Source: Pelomyxa schiedti
Taxonomy: Eukaryota; Protista; Evosea
Length of the DNA: 64,000 nucleotides
Assembly: GCA_020536535.1 (NCBI GenBank)
Contig: JAHLWZ010000633.1
Span: 43,407-107,406 of the forward strand
Direction of reading: 5' to 3'
Part shown: positions 48,702 through 61,954 of the stretch, piece by piece
Position numbering within the stretch: position 1 is the stretch's first letter
How the letters are laid out: every line of letters begins with the position of its first letter
Translations under genes and position numbers: made by a program
The notes under the pieces: generated by a model
What the model was told of the DNA's origin: nothing
The model's input: the letters and a program-made list of their open reading frames with translations, nothing else
Database searches by the model: none

Positions 48702-50321
48702 ATGGCGGGGGTGAATTTTGGACGTGGAATGTTGAGCGAGTTTGGGTACGAAGAGGGATACACGTGTCTTAACCATGGCTCTTTCGGTTCACTCCCGAAT
48801 CGCGTGTTCAACGCCCAGAGGTGTCATTTCCATTCACTATCTCCAAGGCGGCGATGTACTATAGTTGTTGGAGTGCGTTGGTTAAAAACCACCCCACTAA
48901 GCTTAACTTCGCAATTCTCTTAGAGAGATTCAAGTTCACGCAGAAAAGAGGCCAGATAAGTGGTTCAGAGCCGAGATGTACAACCACCTCACAGCTCAAC
49001 GCAATGCTGCAGGTACTTTAATGCACGCGGATCCTGACGACCTCGTTTTTGTTGTGTGTCATTCCAACTTCTGTTTATTTCGCCCAACAATGCCAAAGAA
49101 CAATGCCACTTATGCTTTCAATGCTGTCCTTGGGTCCCTCTTCTCCCTGCCACAAGAGCAACCTGTCACTATTCTCTATCTATCAATTGCTTATCCATCC
49201 CTGAAGAATACACTTGAGCATTTCAGCAAACGATCGCGAGGAATGGTGCAGTTGATGGAAGTTGACATTCACCCCCTGCTTAGATGTGGGGAGGGAGTAA
49301 GTGCTTCAATTGTAGAAGCAGTGCGTCATGCTCTGGAGCAAAATAAGCTTGATGCCACTTCTTCATCTTCTAGTGAGCACGCTCCTGTTGGGTTTGCGGT
49401 AGTGGATCATATATCCTCGATTCCATCTTTAGTTTTACCTGTGTATGATCTAGTAGACCTTTTGCACTCCCAGGGGGTTCCTGTAATGGTAGTTCCTTTT
49501 TTTTTTGTTTCGTTTTTATTCATCTCATCTCAAGGTTGATGGTGCACATGCCCTTGGGCAGGTTCCTGTAGATCTAACTCGCCTCGGACCGGAGTACTAT
49601 TTTACAAATGCTCACAAGTGGTTATTTGCCAGTAGAGGCTGTGCTGTCTTGTATGTGTGTAAAAAGATGCAACCACAGATATATCCTCCTGTGATTTCCT
49701 GGCTCGGTCAAGGCCCGAGCGAATTCCAAAGAAGTATTGGCATCTAGTACACGCCGTACACCACATAATAAAAAATAAAGTGCAAACTTCAGAGTAATGA
49801 AATATTACCCTGTTAGGGTTTTCTTACCTTGGGACTGATGATATCTCTGCCCTGCTTTCATTTTCTCATGGCCTTGCATTCATGGATTATCTTGGTGGAG
49901 TAGAAGTTGTAAGCTCTCATAACCACACACTTGTTATCAGAGGAGCTCACTTCCTTGCCGAAAAGTGGAACACCAGCCTGCTTGTACCACTTTTTTTCTT
50001 TGCTTTCACAAATAACACATACGGCAGCTAGATGATGAATCCATGATAGGCTCAATGGCATGTGTGCAAATGCCCATGTCGGCAGTCACACCTGAAGAAA
50101 AGCAAAGGGTACATGACTTTCCAATGGAAATGCTCGAGAAGCGCAACATATATGCACCCAGCTTTGTATTCAACAACAAGGCATATTTCCGGCTCAGTGC
50201 CCAAGTCTTCAATGAAATCGAGGTTTTCATTTTCCCCTCTAAGCTCCAGAGGTTTTAACGTGCAACCACACAGGACTTCCTGAAGCTGGCCAACGTAGTC
50301 TCTGAACTCTTGTCTTCCTAG
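48702..50321 (+). CDS. PLP-dependent class V aminotransferase-fold C-S lyase (L-cysteine desulfhydrase / Egt2 / isopenicillin N epimerase family)
   Basis: LNHGSFGSLP, NATYAFNAVL, VVDHISSIPSLVLPV, VDGAHALGQVPVDL..YYFTNAHKWLFASRGCAVLYV (PLP lysine), YLGTDDIS, YFRLSAQVFNE. Confidence 0.9.
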
Positions 50322-50443
50322 GTCTGTGAGACTTTCCCTATCGGGCCAAGTTGCCGAAAATCTTAGAAACAGAACTCGAAAAATCAGTTTTGATCGTTTA
50401 CAGAAAACAAAAAAAAAAAGGCAAAAACATCCAACAAACCAAG

Positions 50444-53114
50444 ATGAATTCGAACAAAAGGCGCAAATACGCGAAACTTAGTTTCGACCCGCAGGCCGAC
50501 ACCTCACAACAGCAGGACGTGGACCAACCACAGTCCTCATCACTGTTTACGTCCCCAACTGCACCATCAATCACAACAACAACAACCACCACCACTTCCC
50601 TCTCCCACAATGACTACGACAACGACTGCGACGACGACCACGGGGCGGTCCCCGAGGTCCCTCCTCCCACTCCCTATCGCTCCAAGTCAGCGGATGGAGG
50701 CAGCAGCGCATCGACAGTGAGCAGTACCAGTACCACCATGACAGGCACAACGCCGAGAGGTGGTGCTGGCACGGACCAGTCGACGTCGTCGACGTGGCTG
50801 GTGGACAAGCCCGGCCACGTGCCGCTGTCCGTGTTCCACTACGACGACTTTGACAACGACGACATTGGGCGCCTGGGCGCCCCCTCGGACGTGTGGCGGC
50901 TCGAGACCCAGGAGGACGAGCACAAGGGAGGCCTGGAACCAGGGCCCCCCGCCGACGGGGGGGGGAAGCTGCCAGAGGACGACGAGGAGGCCGAGGCCGA
51001 AGCCGCGGCCTCGGCGGGGGACGACGGCTTGCTGGTGGACATGAGGCCGACCGCGGACGGCGGCGGCGTGGAGATGTGCAAGCTCGCGAGCTCCGGCGCG
51101 GAGGACGAGCAGGGCCAGGAGGGAAAAGGGGCGGGCGGCGCCACGGGGGAGACGACGCCGCTGCTGGGGAGGAGCGCGGGCGCGGGCGCGGGGGCCGCGG
51201 CGGCTGGGCACAGGCACCACCGCGGCAAGCAGCACCCTCGGCACAGCGTGCACGGGGGGCATCACAGGCACGGCGAGCAGGCCGCCGCGAGGCCTGGAAG
51301 CCACGGCACGAATGGCCACCACTCTGGAACCAAAGGCGATTCCGCCGGCGCTTCTGCCTCCACTATTTTGACCAAGCAGGGTGCATCGGCGTCAGTGTCT
51401 GTGCTTAGGAACTCCGCGGCATCACCGGTACTTAGTTCTGTGCAAAGTGCTTCAGAACTGAAAAGAGCATTATCCCCAAAGACACCTGATGCCCTGGAGG
51501 CAGCGAAAACTCGAAGGCGTACCCAGAAGTGGGGCGTTCCATCTACGGATCAGATAGCAACATTAACAACAACGGCGATTTGCAATGTCGTTTGTATGGT
51601 AAGAGATTACCTCTTTCCTTCTTGGAGGGCTTTAACTCTTCTTTTGAAGATTGCTGGCATGTCTTTTTGCTATTCTAATGTACTTATTTCTTTATGTGCT
51701 CCAATTGTGGCTGCCATAATCTTTGTTTACACAAAAAATTATGGGCCAAGGAATAGAGCGACGGTGGTATGTGAGTACCACTGACATTTATCTTTCATTC
51801 TTGTGACTGCTATCAGATATCATTATTGTACTAGCAGTTGTATGTTCGATATGTGGAGTAGTGGGGTTTACCTCTGGTTTCTGGCTTTGGCCAGATATTC
51901 AAGCATCGATTGTGGAGTGGGCTAAATATGTCTTGCCTGCCACTTACCCGTTCTTTATTGCATTTACAGTGATGAGTACAGCAGTGCTTACAAAACTTAG
52001 ACGCTCTGCTAGGGCCGCGCGTGATGCAGCCTTTAAGCATGTCATTGATGATACCCCATCAGCAACCTTATATGCCAAAATAACAAAACAAGGGCGTGTA
52101 GCCAACACTACAGCCGTAGACGCTACTATCGTGACATTTGTTAACCCTCCATCCAAACCAGTTGGAGAGGAGGATTGGCGTGGCGTTGACTTTGGACCCC
52201 TCCGCATTGATCCTAGGTCTGTAGCTGCTTCACTAGATCCCAATGAGCTCTCTCGGGTTGAGGCAAACCAAGATCACACTGCTATGATTCTGAAATTTCC
52301 TCAAGTGCATCTGCATGATACGCAAAGCAATTTGCACTTTGGGGTACCCAGACCTATTTATCACTCTCGATTTATCAGCGACAGGTGTATTCTGTTGGAT
52401 TGTTTCTTTTTGAAAGCAAGTTGCTCATTGTCATGCACGACTCCATCCCTCTTTTTGAACCAGATTTTTTCAAGAGCGTGAGCAACTTCTCAGATATTGT
52501 TGTCCGCCTTTGGGTACCCCTGCCTCAATAAATTGTCACACCTTATATTACCGCAGCACCGTTCTGTGAGTATGTTTGAGACGCAACTAAAGAGCATCAG
52601 CGCAAGAACCACACAACTAGAAGACAACCTTGAGCAGTCTTCCGATAACAACAAATTGGTGCAATTGTTTGCACTGGAGAAAAGCTTGGCCTTCTTCGTA
52701 AGTGCGCTTGCCTCCACGAACAGGGCACTACTACGCATGTGCAATTCCGAATTCCCAAAACCCAACTTACACCTCACCACTGACCACATTGCACTCCTTG
52801 AAGACCTCCAAATTGAAACAGAACAGTGCTACCAAACAGCTCGCATCACAGCGCAGGTTGTTTATGGTCTCACTGATGCCCGTGCTTCAATTACAGCCAA
52901 CAACCTCAACGCCATGATGAAGAACCTCAATGCCATTGTGATATCCATTGCAATCCCAACGTTCTTGGCTAGTGTGGGTGGAATGAGTGAGTTCACAGCC
53001 ATGGTTGGGGCTGATAGATGGCCTTACGCTTTCCCAATGTTCATTGTTGTAATGTTTTTTGTTGGAGTTCTAACATTCATTGGAATAAAGAAAATAGAGC
53101 CTCTGCTGAGGTGA
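50444..53114 (+). CDS. corA: CorA/MIT-family divalent cation transporter (GMS motif variant) with a long disordered N-terminus and extra TM segments
   Basis: SLDPNELSRVE, LEKSLAFFVSALASTNRAL, LLEDLQIETEQC, DARASITANNLNAMMKNL, ISIAIPTFLASVGGMSEF, second TM WPYAFPMFIVVMFFVGVLTF. Additional hydrophobic segments at about 51580..51990. Confidence 0.88.
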
Positions 53115-53257
53115 AGAGATTATTTTACTTCCCTGTTTCCTTTTTCTATTTCAATGCATCACAAAAAAGTTCGAAATGTCCTCTCCTTTTGATTTTAACA
53201 AGCAGAGAGCACCCCACACAAAACCAAAAACACTTATACAAAAAGTGCAAGGACTCC

Positions 53258-56200
53258 TCAGCTTCCTCCCCAAGGTAAATCAGTAGGGGTTGGTGTTACG
53301 CTCTTTGCAGGCCGGGACATCCATGGAATGGCAGGTGGTGGTGTGCTGGGCCTCGCAATGACAAAGTGAGTGACTGGTGTTGTTGTGTGTTGTGGCTGTT
53401 CTGGATGTGCTGGTGTGATTACGCGAACCGGTGCTGTGGTGACCGTTGCTGTTGAGGATGACGCTGATGTGTGTGATGCTGAGGCTGAGGATGAGGATGA
53501 GGATGATGCAGTTGTTGTTTGTGTACTTGAGGATGAGGATGATGTCGAGGGGTTTGATGTGTGATGGGAGGGTGGGGCCGGAGCTGCGAAGGATGGAAGG
53601 GTGCGGGTGAAGGCGTGGGAGAGAGGGGGTGTGGTGGACGGGGGCCGTGGGGGAGGAAATCTTCCCATGGCCCCGCCGAGGCTTGCCAGGAAGTCCGAGT
53701 CGTCGGACGAGGAGAGGGGCCTGGGGGCCGGGGCCGTGGGCAGTGGCGGCGGCTGCGTGGACGGGACCGGCGCCACTGGGAATGGAGGCTGCGACGTTGG
53801 CGAGGTGGAGCAGGGCGTGAAGGGAGGCGACACCGCCACAAGCGGCGGAGAGCCGTTGGGGGAGATGGGCGGCGTGGGCGGGGGCACTGAGGGCGCGCTG
53901 AGGGGTTTGGATTGCAGGGGCGACGTGCCTGGCGATGGTGACGTCCGCACGAATATGGGCACTGGCGCCGCCGCGGGCTGTGTCAAATTGCCTATGATGA
54001 CAGCCACGTCGTGTTTCTGGGACGGAGTGAGCATGACGCTGCGCCGGCTTGGGCGCGGCTGTGAAACGGGATCGAGTAGCAGCGAGCTGACAGTGGCGGA
54101 GGGGGTTTCTAGTGGTTCACTGGATTTTATGCGGCTCTTCCGAATGGTGAAAGATGTTGACTTTGTCTTCGGCTTTGCAATGCTGGGGAATGGTGTGGCA
54201 GATACAGAAGTCATTGAAGTGGAAGTGGAAACATGCGCTGTTAAATCCACTGGTGTATCAAGAGCAAGAGATAAAACAGGAGGGGGGGAACTTGCTGGTT
54301 CCACGGTCGGCTCGAGGACAAGGGTCTCTTCTATCTCCCGCACTTCAACTTGAATAAAATTAGTTGAAATACTTAAAGTGTTACTTACAAACCTGGGTCC
54401 GTCAATTCTAGCCAAAGAATAATATGCAAAGGACTCATTAAGAAAAAAAAAAAGGGCAAGTGGGTAATGAATACCAGGTTTCTGGCCAAAATAATATGCC
54501 CCGACACAAGATTTGGGATGGATGGCAGTGTAAAATAAACAACTAATTTCAGGGTTCAGACATCAATCGGGAGGAAGAGGCCAACCTTTTCAAAGGGAAA
54601 AGGCAACTGATGAGATAATCATTTAGAACAAGCTTCTTCACTGTAATCAATGTCTGTGGGTGCCAAGCAATGATGATACCCTTCTTGTCTGCTGTCCAAC
54701 CGTATCTGTTTGAAGGTTTGTAAAGCCAACAGTTGGGGGAGGCTGCTCACCCATTGCATTCGCAGATAGCAGATACGTCATCTTCATGGCCAAGTAGTGT
54801 TGTAATGCAATTCTAGTAATTTGTGAGGTTGTGATCTTAATCCAGTAAGGTCGTTACGAATTGTTCAGCATCATAGATAATGACTTTACTTTGCACCCCA
54901 AACCACACACGGTTACCTATTGCCGTTGCACACATATATTTTCCGAGGATTGCTTGCAAAAAATAAGTGTTCCCCAATACTAAAAAAAAAGCATACGGGG
55001 TGGTAACACTCGATACGTTGCCATAGTGGAGCAATCTAGTGTCAAGATACGTTTCCAACACCCCAACCACACAAGGTGGGCACATTGCACAATCGAGGTC
55101 ATCTTAGAATCAGGTTCAAGTGCCAAACGGTTGACTACTTCTTGGCTCTTCACTATATTTTAGAATTGCAAAATGTAGATAATTCTACCTTTGGATCAAT
55201 TACAACAATTGTAGACTCAGTTGAAGAAGCACTCCAAACTCGTATTGGTGAACTGGGGTCACGTGGATCTCGGACACAGAAGATACTGGCAATAGAGCCC
55301 TTTTCTCCATGGGCAGATATTTCACATTTTACTTGTAGCCGCTGATACAATTAAATGCAGGTTATAGGTATTTATATTTTCACCTCCATATCGAGTACGA
55401 ATATTTTCCCAAACTCGGAGCTGGCCCACAGCTCATTTTCAATGGAAAGGATACTGTATATTCTGGTTTTGTGGTGCAAATTGACTGCCTGAGTTGAAAT
55501 TTCACCAGTTGACATCAATGTTCGACGAATTGTCCCGTCAGCAAAGCCGGCCTGGTGGTGTCAGAAGAACAAAAAAGTGAGAAACACCCTTACCCAAATA
55601 CGTCCCCTCATATCCTCTGTGAGACTCCATATTTTTTGTTCGCCAAGTGGCCTTTCCCAGAACTGTACTGCCTCCAATAGAGGTGCCAAATCTATGTGGT
55701 AGGTGTTTGATGGGCCTAAGAGTGAACAACAGGTATACCTTGATGCTGTGAGAGAGAATTTTCCTCCTGGGATAAAAGTGTGGCCAGGTTATTGCCTATC
55801 TGTGTAGCCGTGGGACGACCAGCAGGGTATTTACCCCAACAAGATAAAATAATCGAAGCAAATTCTCTGGTAAGTTTTAATTTAACTCTAAAATCACATA
55901 ATCATACCGAGGGACATATGCTGGGATGGTTGGTCTGAGTCCGTCATGAGCAATGGCGGTTTTCATATTCTGTTCCCGCCACTCAAAGGAGTCACCTTTT
56001 TTACGAGAGTACTGCGGAAGTTCAGCATATTCTAGATGAAATTGGAATACACCAAAAACACAACGAAGTTTACCGTCATAAGGGTATTGTCTCGTGGCAA
56101 TTTCATACATTACAATCTGGTGGAAGAAAATACATAAATCGACCCACAGTACAGGAATTAACAAACCCCCAAGCTAAAAACATCTGCTTGTTCATCATAA

Positions 56201-59200
56201 CCGTCAGACTGAGCGTCAATGATCTCTGGAGCAAGCCACTAGAGTTTTTGATTGAGACCGGTTTTGTATTTTATGTTCCAACCTGCCATGTGCTTAGTAC
56301 TCCTGCTACTTTCCCAGCAACTCGGATGCTGAGCCCAACTAAGTACTTAGTTAGTGGGTTCCAGTCTCAAAACTCCCACTTACAATCAGCTACTTTTGCT
56401 CTGACCAAGGCATTAGGGTCCACATCTTGAATCTTATGCAACACTTAGCCAAGGCAGTTGAAAAAGAAGGGAAAAGCGTACAAAAACATTTGGGCTCCTC
56501 AGGTCCCTAAACAACAGAGAGTGAACAAATAGAGGGAGTGGATTAATAAACACCTGTGAACAACAGGCGGATGCAGTGTATGTAAGTAAGAGAGACCCCG
56601 TGCCACATCCAGTGCGAGGAGTAACCGGAAGTGCCAACTACAAGAGTAAATGATAGAGTGGTAAAAATATTGGCAAACTTCATGGGATATTTGAACGCCT
56701 CTTCTCCTGGTGGATAATCTTTAAGCCAAGGATATTTATCGAGTCCAGGAATTTCAGCAGCTCCTGGCATAGTTTCTGATTGACCTGAACAGACTGAGTT
56801 TTTCATGAGTAACTTTCTTTCCCAAAAACCATCAAGCGGCACAGCATGCAGTAGCTTGAACAGATCCCCATGCGAAATAAACTCCATGATCATCATAGGA
56901 GGACTCATGCAGACTCCAAATAGTTTTACAATATAAGGGGAATCCAGCATGCTTCAGAGATGATTGGTTGGTTCCAACTAAAGTACAAGGGGAAGAAACC
57001 TCATTAAGGAGACTTCCTGCTTAAACTCTGCAAATCTCTCGGCAGCTTCACCTTGTTTAACAATCAGCTCCTTCACAGCGACAATTTTCCCATCCATCTC
57101 CCCTGTTAATAGTTGAGCCATCATTAGAACGAAGTACTTGATTCGACCTTTGTAAATCTTTCCAAATCCACCAGACCCAATTAACTGAAGGTTGATGAGC
57201 GATTCAGCTGCAATTTGAGTTTCAGTATTCAACATTAATTCTGGGACAAAAGAATTTAAGCGGAGGTGAATTCCCTCGACCTAACAGCAGTTAAGGGAGT
57301 GTATGGGGTGGAGATACGGTGAAGGAAAGGCCGTAGGGCAAACCTTGCACATTGGCGTTGTCCTCTGTGCAATTGCTGCCACAACTTCCTCATATGTAAA
57401 AAGGTGTGGTAGTGGAGTATTAGCTGACAGAGGAAGGGGACAGTGGTTGCAAGTGATAAATTTCTTCACCTCAAGTTGAATAGTTCTATGATGAGGTTGA
57501 GTTCGATTCTTGAATAACATAGTGCTCTTACTTATAGAAACAATCGATTGTAGTATCCACAATCTCTAGTGTGAGGGCAAGAAGTATAGGTTTCTATCCA
57601 AAAGGATAAAATAAATAAATAAATAAATCAGAAATGGGAACAGTTACTGAATCTTCGGCCTGTCTAACTCGAAGGCACAGGGCAGGTGTGGAGCCAGTAT
57701 TGCACTCAAATTCGAAGTATCCATATTGAGACCGGGCATCTTTGATTTACTGTTACCTGGAGAAAATCAAGTGAAGAGGAAAAAAACCCGCTTGTGGATT
57801 AAATTCGAATCTCATATTATCTTTCCAGAAGCAGCGTGCTGCAAGTCCTGTGGTGTGCAATACACGTACCAGAAGTCTACCAAAGAGACCAATGGGAAGA
57901 CAGGGGAATACAAATCGACGTTCTTATGGGGACCATAAGTACGTTGGGAAGATTTTACTTCAAGGTGTACCAAATTCGACATATTTCAGCTGTGGTTGCA
58001 GTGGCCAGATGGTGTTTGCCTCGGGTGGCACTTTCTCTGCAAGGGCACTATTTGTGTTAGTAAAGGCAAGACTTTTCACAACAATAAGATCAGAAAACAT
58101 ACCAAGGCACAATGTAGGACTCTTTACCATCCGGAGTTGCAATAGGGTACAAAATGAGGAAGAGTGACAATAATTCAATCAGCATTGGATGTTGTGATGA
58201 GTCGTAATTGTGCCAAATTTGACCCAGGCCTTCCTTCGATAAGATACCATTTACAATCATGGTTGTCTTAAAAGTAACAATTGTAGACATAATACCTGTG
58301 TATGGTTAAAAACCTGCATCATTAAAAAGATTATTGTATAATTTTGTTCAGTCTCTACTTGCAAGATACTCTGGATCGAGGATTACGATGTCGCCTAACT
58401 TAGAATAAGAGCTCTCGTAATAAATTATAGATCCCACTCCATGAAGAAAATGAGCTGCCTGAGAATTTTTGTTAAAGAGGACACAAATTAGGGAGGAGAA
58501 TAGTTGCAGACCTGCTTTAATTTAGACGGTTCGTTTATATTTGCTTTGGCTGCTAATTCTGTGAATTCACTCCACAGAACGGTCTGAGCGGTTCTTCGTT
58601 TGACAGACAAAAGTTTATCGAGTTGTATCCAGTTTCCAGGTACCTTTTGTAATGCATTAAGTACAGAAACAGCCATAATATCAACAAAAGATGGAATACC
58701 TTCTCTCGTAATATCATCTGTTTTGTTATAGCAGCTTTGATAATTGAATCTTCTAATGCAGTGAGGTCCCCATCTTTAGCAGAAACTGGTATGCAGGCTA
58801 TTGGACTCCCAATGCATTTGAATTGCTGGTACAATGCAGTGCAGATTGACTGAGCCTTTTCCATTGAAGGGAGTTTGTCTGCATGGGTACCAACTAGGAT
58901 AACTGGGGGTGTAGGAGGAAGTTTTACTGTCTTGGAAATTTGACTGCACAGAATAATGTTAAACAAGTAGAAATCACAGCAATGCATTACCGTAACCAAT
59001 ATTCAATTCTGTGGGCATGAGGATTTGTGAGGTCAAATACAACAAGATACAAAGCACGCCCAGTCAAAAAAAACTATGGAAATTAAAAGAGGGGTCTGAA
59101 AAATATTTACTACCTGATGGGTTGGCAGAAACACCGCTTGCCCCCCAAAATCTGACTAAGGTTACTTCTAGAAAACAAACAAGAGACAATACCCCATGCA

Positions 59201-61474
59201 GCAAAAGTGAGGTCTCGTATTTGCATGTCTTTTATTGAAATTCCGTCTGAAGCGTGTTGAAGGGATGCATGGGAAGTGGTTGTGTACCTGTAGATATCCC
59301 ATCATGCAACTTTCCCTGAAATCTCCTCAGAAGAGTGGTCTTGCCAACATTCTCAGGGCCTACAACCACTAACTTCACACGAACCCATCGTGTGGTTTCA
59401 TGCAGACTTTGTTCTTCCAAAAATTGTGCAAGTTCGTGAGGAGCCGAAATGGATTGGGGAGGCATGTTTTGTAAGGGATTGGGTTGGTAGTGCAGTTTAG
59501 AAAGCCTTGCATGGTGAGCAAGTGAATGTGGTAGAGAAGCAATCTAATTCTGGTAAGGGCGAAAATGTAGGCTATATCAAATACTTTGTTATATCCACAA
59601 AAGAAAACCATCTGAACACAATCTCCAAGCGAGACAGGTAAAGATTCTAGCTCATTGTGCTCCATCTAGTAGGCATAAGCTTTAGTGTAGAGGTGATTTT
59701 TTTTGTTACGTTGAATTCAATGAGATTCACGAGTGCTGACACAGTTTCAGGAATGCAAGTAATTCTGTTCCCTGTGCTCCACATGAGCTCAACAAAATTG
59801 GAGTGTAAATACATGATAGATCAAGAACTTGAAGGGTTCGCACATTTTCAAAGAATTCAGATGGAATCAATGAAATTTTGTTGTGTGACAAATTCAGTTT
59901 GGTCAAGGACTGCTGACAGAACAATTTCTCTTTATTTCAGTAAGTCGTTGAAAACGATGACAAAACTACTTGGAATGGTTTCAAGCATTAAAAACGGAAG
60001 TGAAACATCTGCAGGGGGTTCAGCAGGAAGCTCCATTTGGTTTTCTTGTGTTGCGTTAGAAGGATTTTTCCTCATTTGCATACCATTCACCCATTCTTGG
60101 ACTCTATAAGGAAAATCAGTCAGCTTGGTATCGAGAATAAGGCTGTAGGTAGAGTTTAGGGACTCGGCCCAATTTTGGTCATTTATCATGCTGGGACCAC
60201 AGGAAGCACCGGTTGGGACTGAGGTCCCCATGCAGGAACCCTGTGGAAAATGAGAGAGCACTAAAACAAGAGCCCGATTGTCGCCAAGGAGTTCATTTTC
60301 TGAGAAAATTAATCATAAGAGTTTTTGCGAGGACAATGGAAAACCTATGAGGTATGTCAGCAAATCACTAAGGTTTGCTCCTTGAGAGATTGCAGTGTGA
60401 AGAGTTGTGTCAATCTGAGTATAATCATCATCATTTAATCCCCTTTTCTTTATACTCGAGGGAATTTTCTCCAGTAATATCGGGGCTATGTCAACTCTGA
60501 AACCAGGAAGAGATTGCTTCCATGTAAGTTTTCTAGGACAAAAAGTGAGATTCAACAGACAAAGGAGAAATACATACTTCTTTTTTGCGGTATGCAAAAG
60601 TACCACATCTTCAAACATGCTCTTAACAGAGAATTTGTCCCGTATTTGTACAACACGAATCATTCCACACATTACAGCACAACTACCAGTTGAAGTGGCG
60701 AGGTTGCTGGAACTTGAAGATGAACCAATAGAACTCAAACTGCCAGTATTTGACAGGGGAGGGCCTGCCCCTCCTCCTACTATGCCAGATTCCGCATTCT
60801 CCAAAGCTTGAGCCAGAGAAGTCCACAAGAGGCAACCTCTTCCTTCCAAGCAAGTAGAATCGATTCCTTGTATCTCTGCTCTCTTCAAGACCAAATTTTT
60901 ATCACCTCCACGCCACCAAATAAGTGAAGCATCAAAATCAATCACACAGAGCACCAGTTTGGTCTTCGAGCAAGAAGGGAAATGCTCCCTCACACGAACC
61001 AGTGTATTTGAGAGTGTGTCAGCTGCCTTGTAGTCCAGCATACTTACAACCACAACCACGGCATTGGTTTGTTTTTGAGTGATCACCTTGGACAGGCTGT
61101 GGGAATGAGAGTGGGAACTTGCAAGAGCAGAGTGTGGGATGTGTTCAACATGAATCTGATAGCTCTTTCCACCAACAAGTATAGTTTTAGAAGCCGGTCC
61201 TATTTCTAGAGGAATTTTAGTGTCACAAAAGAAAACCAAAAAAAAAAAAAAAAAAAAAAACCGATAATGAAAAAAAGCTGTAACGAACACCTCTACCCGG
61301 GCCTGTAGTTGTAAGTGCCACGCCAGTTACAAACATCATAGACAGAGCCTTTGCACACCAGTCTGTATCCGTGGCACTCACAATTACCACAAAGAGCTCC
61401 TGTGGCAATTCTTCGGAACGAGTGATCACCCTACTCTTGATTTTGTGCAGGGTCCCACTCTGTATTCCCACCAT
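53258..61474 (-). CDS. Roco family kinase: N-terminal degenerate Ras-like domain, LRRs, ROC-COR, TKL kinase, probable beta-propeller, Pro/Ser-rich tail
   Basis: LRRs (LTKLNLSHNKISLIPSEFF; LEHNELESLP). ROC VKLVVVGPENVGKTTL, W|DFGGQ, LVGTHAD. COR WSEF, LLSLF, CYIVPW. Kinase IGSGGFGKIYKG, VAVK, EFKQE, HRDLRSPNVF, AD|FGLS, WLAPE. Confidence 0.9.
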
Positions 61475-61954
61475 AAAAATGAACCATAGGGGGAAAAAAA
61501 AGAGGAGAGAACAATAAAATCGTTGAACGCAAAAAAGAGAACCCAAAGTTGTCCCCTAAAAGGAGGAGGAAAAAAATAGAGGCTGTCGCGGAACGTACCA
61601 TCGTCACCCGGCGTGGTAAATACAAAGATTGATTTTTGCTCTTACTTTTTTTTTTCCGAGTTTGGACACAACACAAGGAAATTAATCCGATTTCCGTAGG
61701 GGTGTTCTTGATGAAGAAGGAAAGAAAACATCAATCAATCTGTGATGACTGACAGTTCGCGCTCCCGTTTGTGCAAACAGCTCCACCCTTCTTTTTGAGG
61801 CTGTGAGTTTGGGTTGTTGGCTTCGAATCGGGTGTTGTCGAAGGTCCTCTTCGTTTCTCTGCCAGTAGTCCCAGAAGGCGAGGAACCGATTTCGGGCTTC
61901 AACCAACACGGAGATCCCATAAGCCGGCGTACAACGCTTCTTAATTAGAAGAGA

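Noticed and set aside
43250-53114. Bacterial contamination or an endosymbiont insert
   Set aside because: All four bacterial-type genes are interrupted by GT-AG introns and share the composition of their eukaryotic neighbours.
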